A stretch of 64,000 bases of DNA from an uncultured Alphaproteobacteria bacterium (GTDB taxonomy: Bacteria; Pseudomonadota; Alphaproteobacteria; Acetobacterales; Acetobacteraceae): positions 23,991 to 87,990 of the forward strand of contig CAWKMC010000063.1 of the NCBI GenBank assembly GCA_963850535.1, read 5' to 3'. The translations under genes and the position numbers were made by a program. Positions 42,754 through 52,496 of the stretch are shown piece after piece. Below the pieces are notes generated by a model. That model saw only the letters and a program-made list of their open reading frames with translations. It was not told the DNA's origin and ran no database searches. Positions within the stretch are counted from its first letter, which is position 1. The number at the start of each line of letters is the position of its first letter.

Positions 42754-43692
42754 ATGGCCCGTCTGGTCGCCGCATTCGGTTCATCGCATAGCCCGATGCT
42801 GGCGTCATCCGTCGAAGAATGGCGCACCAATTTTCCCCCGCGCGACCGTGCGCGGCAATTCGTCGACTTTGATGGTAATCCCTGTGACTACGCGACTTTG
42901 CTGTCCCGGGCACCGGCGGACGCGCCCGAGCGCATTGCGCCGGAACAGCTCGCCAGACGACATGGCGAGGCGATGGCAGCGATGGCCCGACTGCGCGACG
43001 ATGTGGCGGCGGCACAGTTGGATGCGCTGATCGTGGTCGGCGACGACCAGGAGGAACTGTTCCAGCACGACAATATGCCGGCGATCGGGGTGTATTATGG
43101 CGAGTCGATCCGCGGCCGCCTGCCCTACCAGAAGGAGATCGTTGAGTCGGACTATCCCTGTGATGCGGCACTGGCGCAGCATCTGATCGCGTCTTTGCAG
43201 CAGGACGGCTTCGACCTGTCGGTGATGCGATCGCTGCGCGAAGGCCAGCGCGAAGGACATGCCTTTTCTTTTGTGCACCGCTTCTATCTGCCGGATGGGG
43301 TGCCGATCGTCCCGGTATTCCTCAATGCGTACTACCCGCCGAACCAGCCATTGCCGACACGCTGCGTGGCCCTGGGCGAAGCGCTGAGGCGCGCCGTAGA
43401 GGCATGGCCGCGCAATACGCGGGTTGGGGTGATAGCATCGGGCGGACTGAGCCACTTCGTGGTAGACGAAGCATTCGACCGCTCGCTGATCGAGGCGTTG
43501 CGGCACAAGGACCTGCCGTTCTTTCGCAGCGCGCCCCTCACCAAACTGATGTCGGGCAGTTCGGAAATGCGCAACTGGATCTGCCTCGCAGGCACATTGG
43601 GCGCGTTGCAGATGCAGTGGGTAAGCTACGTGCCTGGTTATCGCACGCCAGCACTCAGCGGCACGGGGCTTTGCTTCGCGAGCTTCAGGTAG
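42754..43692 (+). CDS. Class III extradiol ring-cleavage dioxygenase (LigB superfamily)
   Basis: MARLVAAFGSSHSPML, VVGDDQEELF and SGGLSHF. The ATG at 42754 has AGGAGA 7 nt upstream. Confidence 0.75.
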   Translation: MARLVAAFGSSHSPMLASSVEEWRTNFPPRDRARQFVDFDGNPCDYATLLSRAPADAPERIAPEQLARRHGEAMAAMARLRDDVAAAQLDALIVVGDDQEELFQHDNMPAIGVYYGESIRGRLPYQKEIVESDYPCDAALAQHLIASLQQDGFDLSVMRSLREGQREGHAFSFVHRFYLPDGVPIVPVFLNAYYPPNQPLPTRCVALGEALRRAVEAWPRNTRVGVIASGGLSHFVVDEAFDRSLIEALRHKDLPFFRSAPLTKLMSGSSEMRNWICLAGTLGALQMQWVSYVPGYRTPALSGTGLCFASFR

Positions 43693-44351
43693 TGTGCGGT
43701 CGCTACGCCTCGTTCCTGCCCGCCGAAGCGCTGCGGGCGATGTTCGATACCGTGAATGCGACGCCGAACTGGGAGCCGACCTGGAACATGGCACCGACGC
43801 GCGATGCGCCGGTGGTTCGGCTGCATCCGGAGACGCGGGCGCGACATCTCGACCTGCTGCGCTGGGGACTGGTGCCGCACTGGGCGAAGGACCTGAAGTC
43901 GGTCCGCCAGCCGATCAACGCGCGCGCCGAGACGCTCGCCACCTCGTCGATGTTCCGCGACGCGCTGGAGCGACGCCGCTGCCTGGTACCGGCGGACGTA
44001 TTTTACGAATGGCAGGCAGTCGATGGCGCCAAGCTTCCTTTTGCCGTGGCGCGCGCCGATGGCGATCCGATGGTGTTCGCCGGTCTGTGGGAAGGTTGGC
44101 GCGGTAACGACGACACCGTGATACGCAGCTTTACCATTGTGACGACCAATGCCAACACGCTACTGCGGCAGATCCACGAACGGATGCCGGTGATTCTGGA
44201 GCGAACGGCTTGGCCAGTATGGCTGGGCGAAGGAGAGAGCGATCCCACCGCGGTGCTTCAGCCCTCGGCAGCGGAACTGCGCGTCTGGCGTATCGGCACG
44301 GCGGTCAACAGCGTGCGCAACGACAGCGCGGCTCTGCTGGAAGCAGTGTGA
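43692..44351 (+). CDS. SOS response-associated peptidase (SRAP/YedK family, abasic-site processing protein)
   Basis: (GTG)CGRYASF...NMAPT...RWGLVPHWAKD...INARAETL...RRCLVPADVFYEW...TTNAN...IHERMPVIL. The catalytic Cys is codon 2 after a GTG start. That GTG overlaps the dioxygenase stop by 1 nt. Confidence 0.85.
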   Translation: MCGRYASFLPAEALRAMFDTVNATPNWEPTWNMAPTRDAPVVRLHPETRARHLDLLRWGLVPHWAKDLKSVRQPINARAETLATSSMFRDALERRRCLVPADVFYEWQAVDGAKLPFAVARADGDPMVFAGLWEGWRGNDDTVIRSFTIVTTNANTLLRQIHERMPVILERTAWPVWLGEGESDPTAVLQPSAAELRVWRIGTAVNSVRNDSAALLEAV

Positions 44352-44363
44352 TTTACGTTGGCA

Positions 44364-44729
44364 CTACTCTTGCGGCAGCAACCGTCGGACAATGGCGACA
44401 AGCTCCGCCAGCTTGAACGGCTTGCGAAGGAATGCCTGGAACTCTTGCTCAGCGGCCTTGCGCACAGTGTCCTCATCCAGCGAACTCAGGAACACCACCG
44501 GGATAGATTTGTAGTCGCCTTCGCGCATCGCGTTCAGCATTCCCGGGCCGTTCAGCACCGGCATCATATAGTCCAGCAGCACCAGCTCGGGCTGCGGACT
44601 CTCTGCCAGGCGCTGCAGGCCTTGCCGGCCATTCGTCGCCGTGACGACGCGATATCCCTCTTCCTGGAGTACGAATTCCAGCAATTCCGGGACACCGAAT
44701 TCGTCATCGACGACGAGGACCGTGTGCAT
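44364..44729 (-). CDS. Single-domain response regulator (receiver only)
   Basis: VLVVDDE, LVLLDYMMP (phospho-acceptor Asp context) and LRKPF. At 121 aa it has no output domain. Confidence 0.9.
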   Translation of the reverse strand: MHTVLVVDDEFGVPELLEFVLQEEGYRVVTATNGRQGLQRLAESPQPELVLLDYMMPVLNGPGMLNAMREGDYKSIPVVFLSSLDEDTVRKAAEQEFQAFLRKPFKLAELVAIVRRLLPQE

Positions 44730-46234
44730 CAGCCCGGCTCACGGTTCTGGCGGCGACGCACAGGCGAGTTGGCAGGGCTCGCGGCGATCCGAATGTCAGG
44801 CGCGCTCTCGGCGATATCGGCATCCGCCAGTGCATCAAGGACTTCGATGCCATGATCGGTGATCTCGAACTCCCGCAGGCTGCGGTCGAAGTTGCTGCCG
44901 CGCAGCTTGAGAACCGATATCAGGCGATGCAGCCGTGCGCGAGCCTCGACAAAGCGCAGCAGGATCAGGTTGTCGACAATGGCGGAGATGCCCTCGATTG
45001 GCAGCGTCACCGTGGGTCCGACGAAATTGGCCGACTCGGCGCTAAGCAGCATCGTGACCCCTCGCGCCCGGCATTCATTACTGATGGCGGCGAAGAAGCG
45101 GCTGACCCGATCTGGCGGACCAGCGGCTTCTACCAGGCCGTCAAGCCCATCGACGGCGAGGCGCTTCACGTTGCGGCGGGTGATGGCATCGAGAAGTTGG
45201 TTGCCGATGTCATCGAGGATTTGCTCGGTCGGCGAATGCCATACGAGCTCGACGTGGCCGGCGTCGACTTGACCGGCGAGATCGAGGCCCAGCGCGCGCG
45301 CATTGGCAATCAACAATTTGGGTGTCTCGAAAAAGCCGAACAGCAGGCCCGGTTCGGCTTCACTGGCACACGACAGAAAATGCAGAGCAAGCGAGGTCTT
45401 GCCTGAACCCGAGGGGCCCACGATAATCGTGGTCGACGCTGCGGGCAGTCCGCCATGCAACATGCTGTCCATGTGCTCGATGCCGATGGACAGACGAGAG
45501 GTTGGCACATCGCCTTCCGCCGTCAGCGGCAGGAGCGCCTCGAGCCGAGGATAGACCCGAACTCCTTCGCCGGTAATGCGAAAGGCATGACGGCCGCGCA
45601 AGAAGGACTTGCCGCGGAATTTCAACACCTCGAGCTCGCGCAGGCGCCAGCCGAGATGGCGCACATCATCCAGCGTCAGCAGGCCGTCGACCATGGTGTA
45701 CTCGGGGCGGTAGTCGCGACGAGCATCGCCGGTCAGCAGCAACACGACACAGCCTTGCAAGGCGGCGAACACCTGCAGTTCGTGGACGAACTTGCGCAAA
45801 CTGGCGTCGGACGGTTTCCCGTCCGAGACGGCCAGCCACCCATCGAGCACAAGCAGGCTGACCTGCTGGCGCAACACTTCGCGGCGCAGCAAGTTGATCA
45901 GCCCTGCGAGCCCCTGTTCTTCCAGCTCCCGGAAAGCGCTGACATAGCGCAACGACTCGGGGATCACTCTGGTATCGACAAAGCGCAGCGACCCGATGTG
46001 CTGGAGCAGCCGATCGTGGTTTTCCGCCAGCACTGTGCTGTAGAGCGCGCGACCACCGCGGCTCGCGTGATAGAAGCAGATCTGATTGGCGAGGATTGTC
46101 TTGCCGGCGCCGGGCGAGCCCTGAACAATGTAGACACCTCCCGACAGGAACCCGCCGCGGAGCACCAGGTCGAGGCCCGGCACCCCGGTCGGCGTATCGG
46201 CGAGGCGGCGGGGATCGCCTGCGTTCTGACTCAT
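44729..46234 (-). CDS. KaiC-family double RecA-like ATPase
   Basis: There are two tandem P-loop domains (GSPGAGKT and GPSGSGKT), each followed by a KaiC-type block. The second-domain segment GISAIVDNLILLRFVEARARLHRLISVLKLRGSNFDRSLREFEITDHG is colinear with the cyanobacterial KaiC CII phosphosite region. I chose the start at 46234, which forms an ATGA overlap with the kinase stop. Confidence 0.85.
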   Translation of the reverse strand: MSQNAGDPRRLADTPTGVPGLDLVLRGGFLSGGVYIVQGSPGAGKTILANQICFYHASRGGRALYSTVLAENHDRLLQHIGSLRFVDTRVIPESLRYVSAFRELEEQGLAGLINLLRREVLRQQVSLLVLDGWLAVSDGKPSDASLRKFVHELQVFAALQGCVVLLLTGDARRDYRPEYTMVDGLLTLDDVRHLGWRLRELEVLKFRGKSFLRGRHAFRITGEGVRVYPRLEALLPLTAEGDVPTSRLSIGIEHMDSMLHGGLPAASTTIIVGPSGSGKTSLALHFLSCASEAEPGLLFGFFETPKLLIANARALGLDLAGQVDAGHVELVWHSPTEQILDDIGNQLLDAITRRNVKRLAVDGLDGLVEAAGPPDRVSRFFAAISNECRARGVTMLLSAESANFVGPTVTLPIEGISAIVDNLILLRFVEARARLHRLISVLKLRGSNFDRSLREFEITDHGIEVLDALADADIAESAPDIRIAASPANSPVRRRQNREPG

Positions 46235-47088
46235 GCCTGCGCCCCTCCTGTGCCGCTGCGTGGCAGGTGAACAGTGAATGCCGAGCCTTCGCCGGCCACG
46301 CTCGCAACGTCGATCGAACCGTCCATCGCCTCGACCAGCTGGCGCACAACCCACAGCCCGATACCGAAGCCGGCGCGGCGCTCACTGCCCAGCGCGACTT
46401 GCTCGAACGGCGCGAAGATGCGCTGCTGGTGCTCGTCTTTGATCCCCGGTCCCTGATCTCGGACCACCAAACGCACCCTGGTGTGGTCGGTTGCCAGCGA
46501 AACCTCCACTGGTGCGCCAGCGCCATACTTGAGCGCGTTGGACAGCAGATTTTCGGTGACCTGTTCCAGCGCCACGCGATCCCAAGAGCCGGTGATGTCC
46601 TGCTCGACAGCAGCCTGCAGCGCGCACCCTGCGCGCGTCGCCGCGGGGCGATAGGTCTCGACCAGTTCATGCACCAGCGCGGAGAGATTTATCTGTGCCG
46701 GAGAGAGGCGCAGGTGGCCGGCGGCAAGTCGCGTGGTTTCCAACATGGTTGTCGCGCGGCGAATGTAGCTTTCCACTGCGAGCTGAAGACGCGCCAGCCG
46801 CTCGACCAGCCGGTGGCTGGCGCCTTCGTTGCGGGCGAGGGTCTGGAGCAATTCGACCTGACCACGAATTGGGGTCATCGGGTTGCGCAGTTCGTGCGCG
46901 ACGAGAGCGATGAAGGCATCGCGTGCCTGGACAGCAGTCTCCAATTGCTCGATCCGCGACTGCAATTCGAACTCGGAACCCTGCTCCCCCGCAGCGCTGG
47001 GGCGGCGCGGCTTGCTGGCTGGCGACTGCGACGTGTTGGCTTTGCTAGCGGGCACGTGGGCGCTTCCCCGTGGACAAAGGGGCCGCAT
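46231..47088 (-). CDS. Histidine kinase without recognisable sensor or transmembrane domain
   Basis: The H-box is LVAHELRNPMTPI, with N/G1/G2 boxes NALKYG, DQGPGI and GFGIGL. Only about 60 low-complexity or coiled-coil residues precede the H-box. Confidence 0.85.
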   Translation of the reverse strand: MRPLCPRGSAHVPASKANTSQSPASKPRRPSAAGEQGSEFELQSRIEQLETAVQARDAFIALVAHELRNPMTPIRGQVELLQTLARNEGASHRLVERLARLQLAVESYIRRATTMLETTRLAAGHLRLSPAQINLSALVHELVETYRPAATRAGCALQAAVEQDITGSWDRVALEQVTENLLSNALKYGAGAPVEVSLATDHTRVRLVVRDQGPGIKDEHQQRIFAPFEQVALGSERRAGFGIGLWVVRQLVEAMDGSIDVASVAGEGSAFTVHLPRSGTGGAQA

Positions 47089-47327
47089 CTAGCACGCGAC
47101 TATAGTGACCGATAGAGCAGGTCGTGCAGCACAGAATGACCGTACAGCATCGTAATGTGATCACTTAGAATTGTTGTGATACAACAGCGATGCGATGGCC
47201 GGATCGCTGCGCCATTTAGTGTCGAGTTCGGGCCAGCTTTGGGTCTGGCCGCCATGCGTTGGCAGGCCGATACGCGGAGGAATAACCTTATTCGTGAGGC
47301 TGCCTCCCCGGAGCCGAGGATCACCGC

Positions 47328-50300
47328 ATGGACGTAGTGGCGTGGCTGCGCGGGCTTGGGCTCGAACGATACGCGGCTGCATTCCGCGATAACGATGTCG
47401 ATGGCGAAGTGCTGCCGGAGCTGACGTCCGACGACCTGATCAGCATCGGCGTGACCTCGGTCGGCCATCGCCGCAAGCTGCTCGCTGCAATTGCTTCGCT
47501 CGGCGCCGCGCCGCCCGCCGCTGCGGTAGCCGCGGCGCCCCCCTATGCACCAGCGCAAGCCGACGCCGAACGCCGCCAGCTGACGGTGATGTTTTGCGAT
47601 CTCGTCGGCTCGACGGCACTCTCGGCGCAGCTCGACCCCGAGGATCTGCGCGAAGTCATCGCCGCATATCACCGCGCCGTCGCCAATGCGGTCGGCGCGC
47701 TGGAGGGGTTTGTCGCCAGATACATGGGCGACGGAGTGTTGGTCTATTTCGGCTACCCGCGCGCGCATGAGGACGACGCCGAGAGGGCGGTCCGGGCCGG
47801 CTTAGCGGCTATCGACGCTGTGAATCGCCTCGATGTCAGATCCATCAAGCTGCAAGCGCGCGTCGGGATCGCCACCGGGTTGGTGGTCGTCGGCGATCTG
47901 ATCGGCGAGGGGTCGGCACAGGAACAATCGGTCGTCGGTGAAACACCGAACCTCGCCGCCCGTCTGCAAGCAGTGGCCGAGCCGAACGCTGTCGTCATCG
48001 CCGCCGGCACGCGCCGGTTGGTCGGCGATCTCTTCGAGTGCCGCGATCTCGGCGTCGTCGCAGGTCAAGGGCATCGCTGCGCCGGTGCCGACCTGGCAGG
48101 TACTGCGTCCGAGCGCCGTTGCCAGCCGGTTCGAGGCTTTGCACGGATCGACGCTGACCTCGCTGGTTGGCCGCGACGAAGAAATCGACCTGCTGCTGCG
48201 GCGTTGGTCGCGCGCCAAAGCCGGCGACGGCCAGGTCGTGCTGATCTCCGGAGAACCCGGAATAGGCAAGTCACGGATCGCTGCGGCGTTGGCGGAACGC
48301 CTGCAGACCGAGCCGCATCACCGCCTGCGTTTTTTCTGCTCGCCCTATCACCGGGACAGCGCGCTGTTTCCGTTCATCGACCAACTTGGGCGCGCAGCGG
48401 GGTTCACCCGCGACGACGCGCCTGCAGCCAAGCTGGACAAGCTAGAAGCCTTGCTCGCCCACGAAGTGACGTCCGACGAGGATGTCGCCCTCCTTGCCGA
48501 TCTGCTGTCATTGCCGGCTTGGGAGCGTCACCCACTGCCAAATCTCAGCCCGCCCCGCAAAAAGGAGCGGACACTGGAAGCGCTGATCCGGCGGCTCGAG
48601 AGCCTGGCGCGCTGGCAGCCCGTAGTCCTTGTCTTCGAGGACGTGCATTGGATCGATCCGACCTCGCGCGAGGTGCTTGACCTGAGCGTCGAGCGGGTCA
48701 GCAGCCTGCCGGTGCTGCTGATCATGACGTTCCGTCCGGAGTTCCAACCGCCATGGACTGGACAGCCGCAGGTGACGATGCTGACCCTCAATCGCCTCGG
48801 CCGCCGCGAGCGGACCGCGCTGGTTGAGCAGATCGCCGGCACCAAGGCATTGCCGGATGCGGTGATTAACCAGATCGCAGAACGCACCGACGGCGTCCCG
48901 TTGTTTGTCGAGGAATTGACCAAGAGCGTCTTGGAGAGCGGTGTGCCGCTGGTCGGGATCCCGGCCACTTTGCACGACTCGCTCATGGCACGCCTCGACC
49001 ACTTGGACTCGGTGAGGCGTGTGGCGCAGACTGGAGCCGCAATCGGTCGCGAATTCTCGTACGCACTCCTGCGCTCCGTCTCCCGTCTTCCCGACGACGA
49101 GCTGACAGGTCACTCTTGGCCGGCTCGTCGCCTCCGAGCTGGTCTTCCAGCGCGGCGTGCCGCCAGATGCGATCTATACCTTCAAGCACGCGCTGATACA
49201 GGACGCGGCACATGGCAGCTTGCTGCGCAGCACCCGGCAGCAACTGCATGCGCAGATCGCTGAAGCGCTCGAAACTGATTCGCCCGAGTTGATGGACACT
49301 CAGCCCGACCTTCTCGCGCAGCATTACGCCGAGGCGGGGCTCATTGAAAAATCTGTCGCTTATTGGAGCAAGGCCGGTCATCGGTCAGCCACCCGCTCGG
49401 CAATGGCGGAAGCGGCTGCGCAATTTCATAAGGCGCTGGATCAGCTGGCATTGCTGCCGGACGAACCGAAGAACCAACGACAGGAGCTCGAGCTTTCCAG
49501 CGCGTTGGGCGCAGTGTTGATAGCCGTCAAGGGCAACGCGGCGCCGGAAACCGGCCAGGCCTATGCCCGTGCACGGGAGCTGTGGGAGCTGCTCGGTTCT
49601 CCTTCCGAGTTTCTTCAGCTTCCCTATGGGCTATCTCTTCTGCACGCCGCCCGGGGCGAACTTGATTTGGCATTACGCTTGGACCAGGATCTGTTACGCC
49701 TAAGCCAAGAGCGCAACGATTCCGGCGGGCTGGTGCTGGGTCACCTGTCGAGCGGTCGGAACCTGTTCTTCAGTGGTAGGTTTGCTTCATCCCGACCGCA
49801 TTTGCAGGAGGCGCTTGCGCTTCATGATCCAATTTCCCATGGCTCCCTTGTCCAACAGGCGACGATTGACGCGCATGTCAATGCTCAGGCGTACTTGGGA
49901 ATTGTCCTTTTCTGTCTCGGTTATCCCAGCCAGGGCTTAGTCCGCAGCCATGCAGCAGTTGCTGACGCTCGGCGGCTCGCTCACCCGCCGACTTTGGCGG
50001 CGAGCATGGCACTTGGCACCTTGCCGCTGTCCCTCGTCGGAGACGACGCTACCCTGGATGAGTGGGCAGATCAGCTTGTAGCGGTGGCGACCGAGCACGG
50101 CTTCCCCTTCTTTCGTGCGCAAGGTACGATTTATCGTGGATGGGTGAAGGTCAAAAATCGCAACGTAACGGAGGGAATATCACTCCTGCGCAGCGGTTTG
50201 GCGGCTTTCCGCGCCACCGGAGCGGCGGCCTGGTTGCCATATTATATTTCCCTGCTGGCCAGGGCATGTGACATCGCAGGGCAGCTTCATGAGGCCGTGA

Positions 50301-50632
50301 CCCTGTTGGATGAGGCATCGCAGACTGCCGAACGAACGGGGGAGCGCTGGCTGGAGGCGGAACTCAGTCGGCACAAGGGCCGGTTGCTGTTGCGGCAGGG
50401 GCATGCGGAAGCCGCCGAGGAGCTGTACTGCAAAGCCCTGAGTATCGCGCGGGAGCAGGAAGCCAAAATCTGGGAATTGCGTGCATCCGCAAGCCTTGCG
50501 CGCCTTCGCTGCGACAAGGGTCGCGGCGTCGAAGCGCGCGATCTCCTCGCGTCGATCTACGGCTGGTTTACTGAGGGCTTCGACACACCCGATCTCCGAG
50601 GTGCCAAGGCATTGCTCGACGAGCTGGCGTGA
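47328..50632 (+). pseudogene. SAM domain / class III adenylate-guanylate cyclase / STAND-type P-loop NTPase / TPR protein (~1100 aa), two net +1 frameshifts (or assembly indels)
   Basis: ORF 47328.. has the SAM domain (VVAWLRGLGLERYAAAFRDNDVDGEVLPELT) and the cyclase (LTVMFCDLVGSTA...GDGVLVYFGYP...VVGETPNLAARL). ORF 47938.. has VKGIAAPVPTWQV plus the P-loop LISGEPGIGKSRI. ORF 49157.. has ...LVASELVFQRGVPPDAIYTFKHALIQDAA plus TPR-like repeats. The junctions are at about 48058-48062 and about 49105. Confidence 0.8.
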
Positions 50633-50693
50633 GCGGGTGACTGGTATGCGCCGCAATCCGCCACGACACGCCCATCGGACAGCCTGCTCGCCG

Positions 50694-52313
50694 TTATGCC
50701 GCCATGCGCATCGGCTGGCGCACGAGGTCGGCGGCCTTCTCGCCGATCATGATTGTCCCGGCGTTGGTGTTGCCCGAGATCACTGTGGGCATTATCGATG
50801 CGTCGACCACACGTAGCCCTTCCACGCCGTAGACGCGCAGTTCGGGATCGACCACCGCCATCGGATCGATCCCCATCTTGCAGGTGCTGGTTGGGTGAAA
50901 CACCGTGCCGCCGGTATTCCTCGCATGATCCAACAACTGCTCATCGGTGCTGACCGAGGCGCCCGGCTGGTATTCCTCGGCGATGAAACGCAGCATTGGC
51001 CGCGTGGCGAGAATGCGACGGCCCACCTTCAAGCCATCCACAATGGCTCGGCGATCCGTTTCAGTGGCGAGGTAGTTCGGATGCATCGCCGGCGGATCGG
51101 CCGGGTTGGCCGATTTCAACCTGATCTCGCCGCGACTTTCCGGCCGAAGCTGATAGACCGTCAGCCCGAAGCCGGACCACGGATGCAGCCCATCCTGCAG
51201 TCGGTCAGAACTGAACGGCGCGACCGAGATCTTCACGTCTGGCGTCGCCAGCCCCTCACGCGTGCGCACGAACAACGCGGCGGGACCGGCGGCCATGGTC
51301 AGCGGACCGGTCTTGAACAGGTAGGACTGCAGGCCGACCTGCAGCTTCCTGAGGTTGCTCTGCATCACGTCGTTGACGGTGATCGGCAGCGGGCACTTCA
51401 GCTTGATCGGCGCCGAGTAGTGGTCCTGCAGCGACTGACCGACACCGGGCAAATGATGCGTAACCGGAATGCCGAACTGCGCCAACTGCTCCTGCGGTCC
51501 AACGCCTGACAGCAACAGCAGCTGTGGCGAATTGACGGCCCCGCCGCACAGGACCACCTCGCGCCGGGCCCGCGCCGTGCGCAGCGCGCCGTATTCGCGG
51601 AAACTCACCCCGACCGCACGCTTGCCCTCGAACAGCACCTTCTCTGCCAGCGCGCCTGTGATGACGCGCAGATTGGAGCGATTGCGTACCGGGTGCAGGT
51701 AACCCACGGCGGTCGAGCATCGCTTGCCGTTTCGCGTCGTCGTCTGGTGATAGCCGACCCCATCCTGCCGCGCGCCGTTGAAGTCGTCATTGCGCGGATA
51801 GCCGAGTTGCATGGCGCCTTCGATGAAGGCCTCGCAGATGGGATGGTGCTCAGGGGTATCGGACACGCAGAGCGGTCCGCCGGTGCTGTGGAACTCATCG
51901 GAGCCACGGGTCTGGTGCTGCGCGCGCTTGAAATACGGCAATACGTCAGAGGCGGACCAGCCGGTGTTGCCGAACTGTCGCCAAAGGTCGAAGTCCTCAT
52001 GCTGGCCGCGGATATAAACCATGCCATTGATCGAGGAGGAACCGCCGAGCACCTTGCCGCGCGGCCAGAAGATGCTGCGGCCATTGGCACCTGGATCAGG
52101 CTCGGCCTGGTAGCACCAGTTCACCGATGCGTCGGCGAAGGTCTTGCCATAGCCAAGCGGGATGTGGATCCAGCGGTTGCGGTCCTCGCCGCCGGCCTCG
52201 AGCAGCACGACCTGCGTCGCCGGGTCCTCCGATAGCCGCGTCGCCATCACACACCCGGCAGAACCGGCGCCGACGATAACGAAATCGGCCTCTAGAACCT
52301 CGCCTGCGGGCAT
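50694..52313 (-). CDS. GMC-family FAD oxidoreductase (choline/alcohol dehydrogenase-like)
   Basis: DFVIVGAGSAGCVMATRLSEDP, GKVLGGSSSINGM, and the C-terminal HPTSTCKMG active-site region. The start is set at Met16 (52313). Confidence 0.85.
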   Translation of the reverse strand: MPAGEVLEADFVIVGAGSAGCVMATRLSEDPATQVVLLEAGGEDRNRWIHIPLGYGKTFADASVNWCYQAEPDPGANGRSIFWPRGKVLGGSSSINGMVYIRGQHEDFDLWRQFGNTGWSASDVLPYFKRAQHQTRGSDEFHSTGGPLCVSDTPEHHPICEAFIEGAMQLGYPRNDDFNGARQDGVGYHQTTTRNGKRCSTAVGYLHPVRNRSNLRVITGALAEKVLFEGKRAVGVSFREYGALRTARARREVVLCGGAVNSPQLLLLSGVGPQEQLAQFGIPVTHHLPGVGQSLQDHYSAPIKLKCPLPITVNDVMQSNLRKLQVGLQSYLFKTGPLTMAAGPAALFVRTREGLATPDVKISVAPFSSDRLQDGLHPWSGFGLTVYQLRPESRGEIRLKSANPADPPAMHPNYLATETDRRAIVDGLKVGRRILATRPMLRFIAEEYQPGASVSTDEQLLDHARNTGGTVFHPTSTCKMGIDPMAVVDPELRVYGVEGLRVVDASIMPTVISGNTNAGTIMIGEKAADLVRQPMRMAA

Positions 52314-52496
52314 GCACCCCTCCCAACTTCCCTGCGTAGGAGCGTAGCGACGAAGCAACCCGCACGAAAGGCGCGCTCTGGTGCGGCTGCGCCCCGCTGC
52401 CTGTGAATTGCTTCACCGAAGCACTTCAGCGCGTTCCGGATGCCTGCCCGGCATTCTCCGTCGCGTCAGCAAACGCTGAAGCGAATGGAGCAGACT

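Noticed and set aside
49101-49108. The surplus bases at 49105 and 60790 sit at the centre of would-be PstI (CTGCAG) and SalI (GTCGAC) palindromes, which could be taken as a sign of engineered or enzyme-linked insertion.
   Set aside because: There are only two cases. The exact position of each indel is ambiguous by several nucleotides, and 6-bp GC-rich palindromes are frequent in this composition. I treat this as coincidence.
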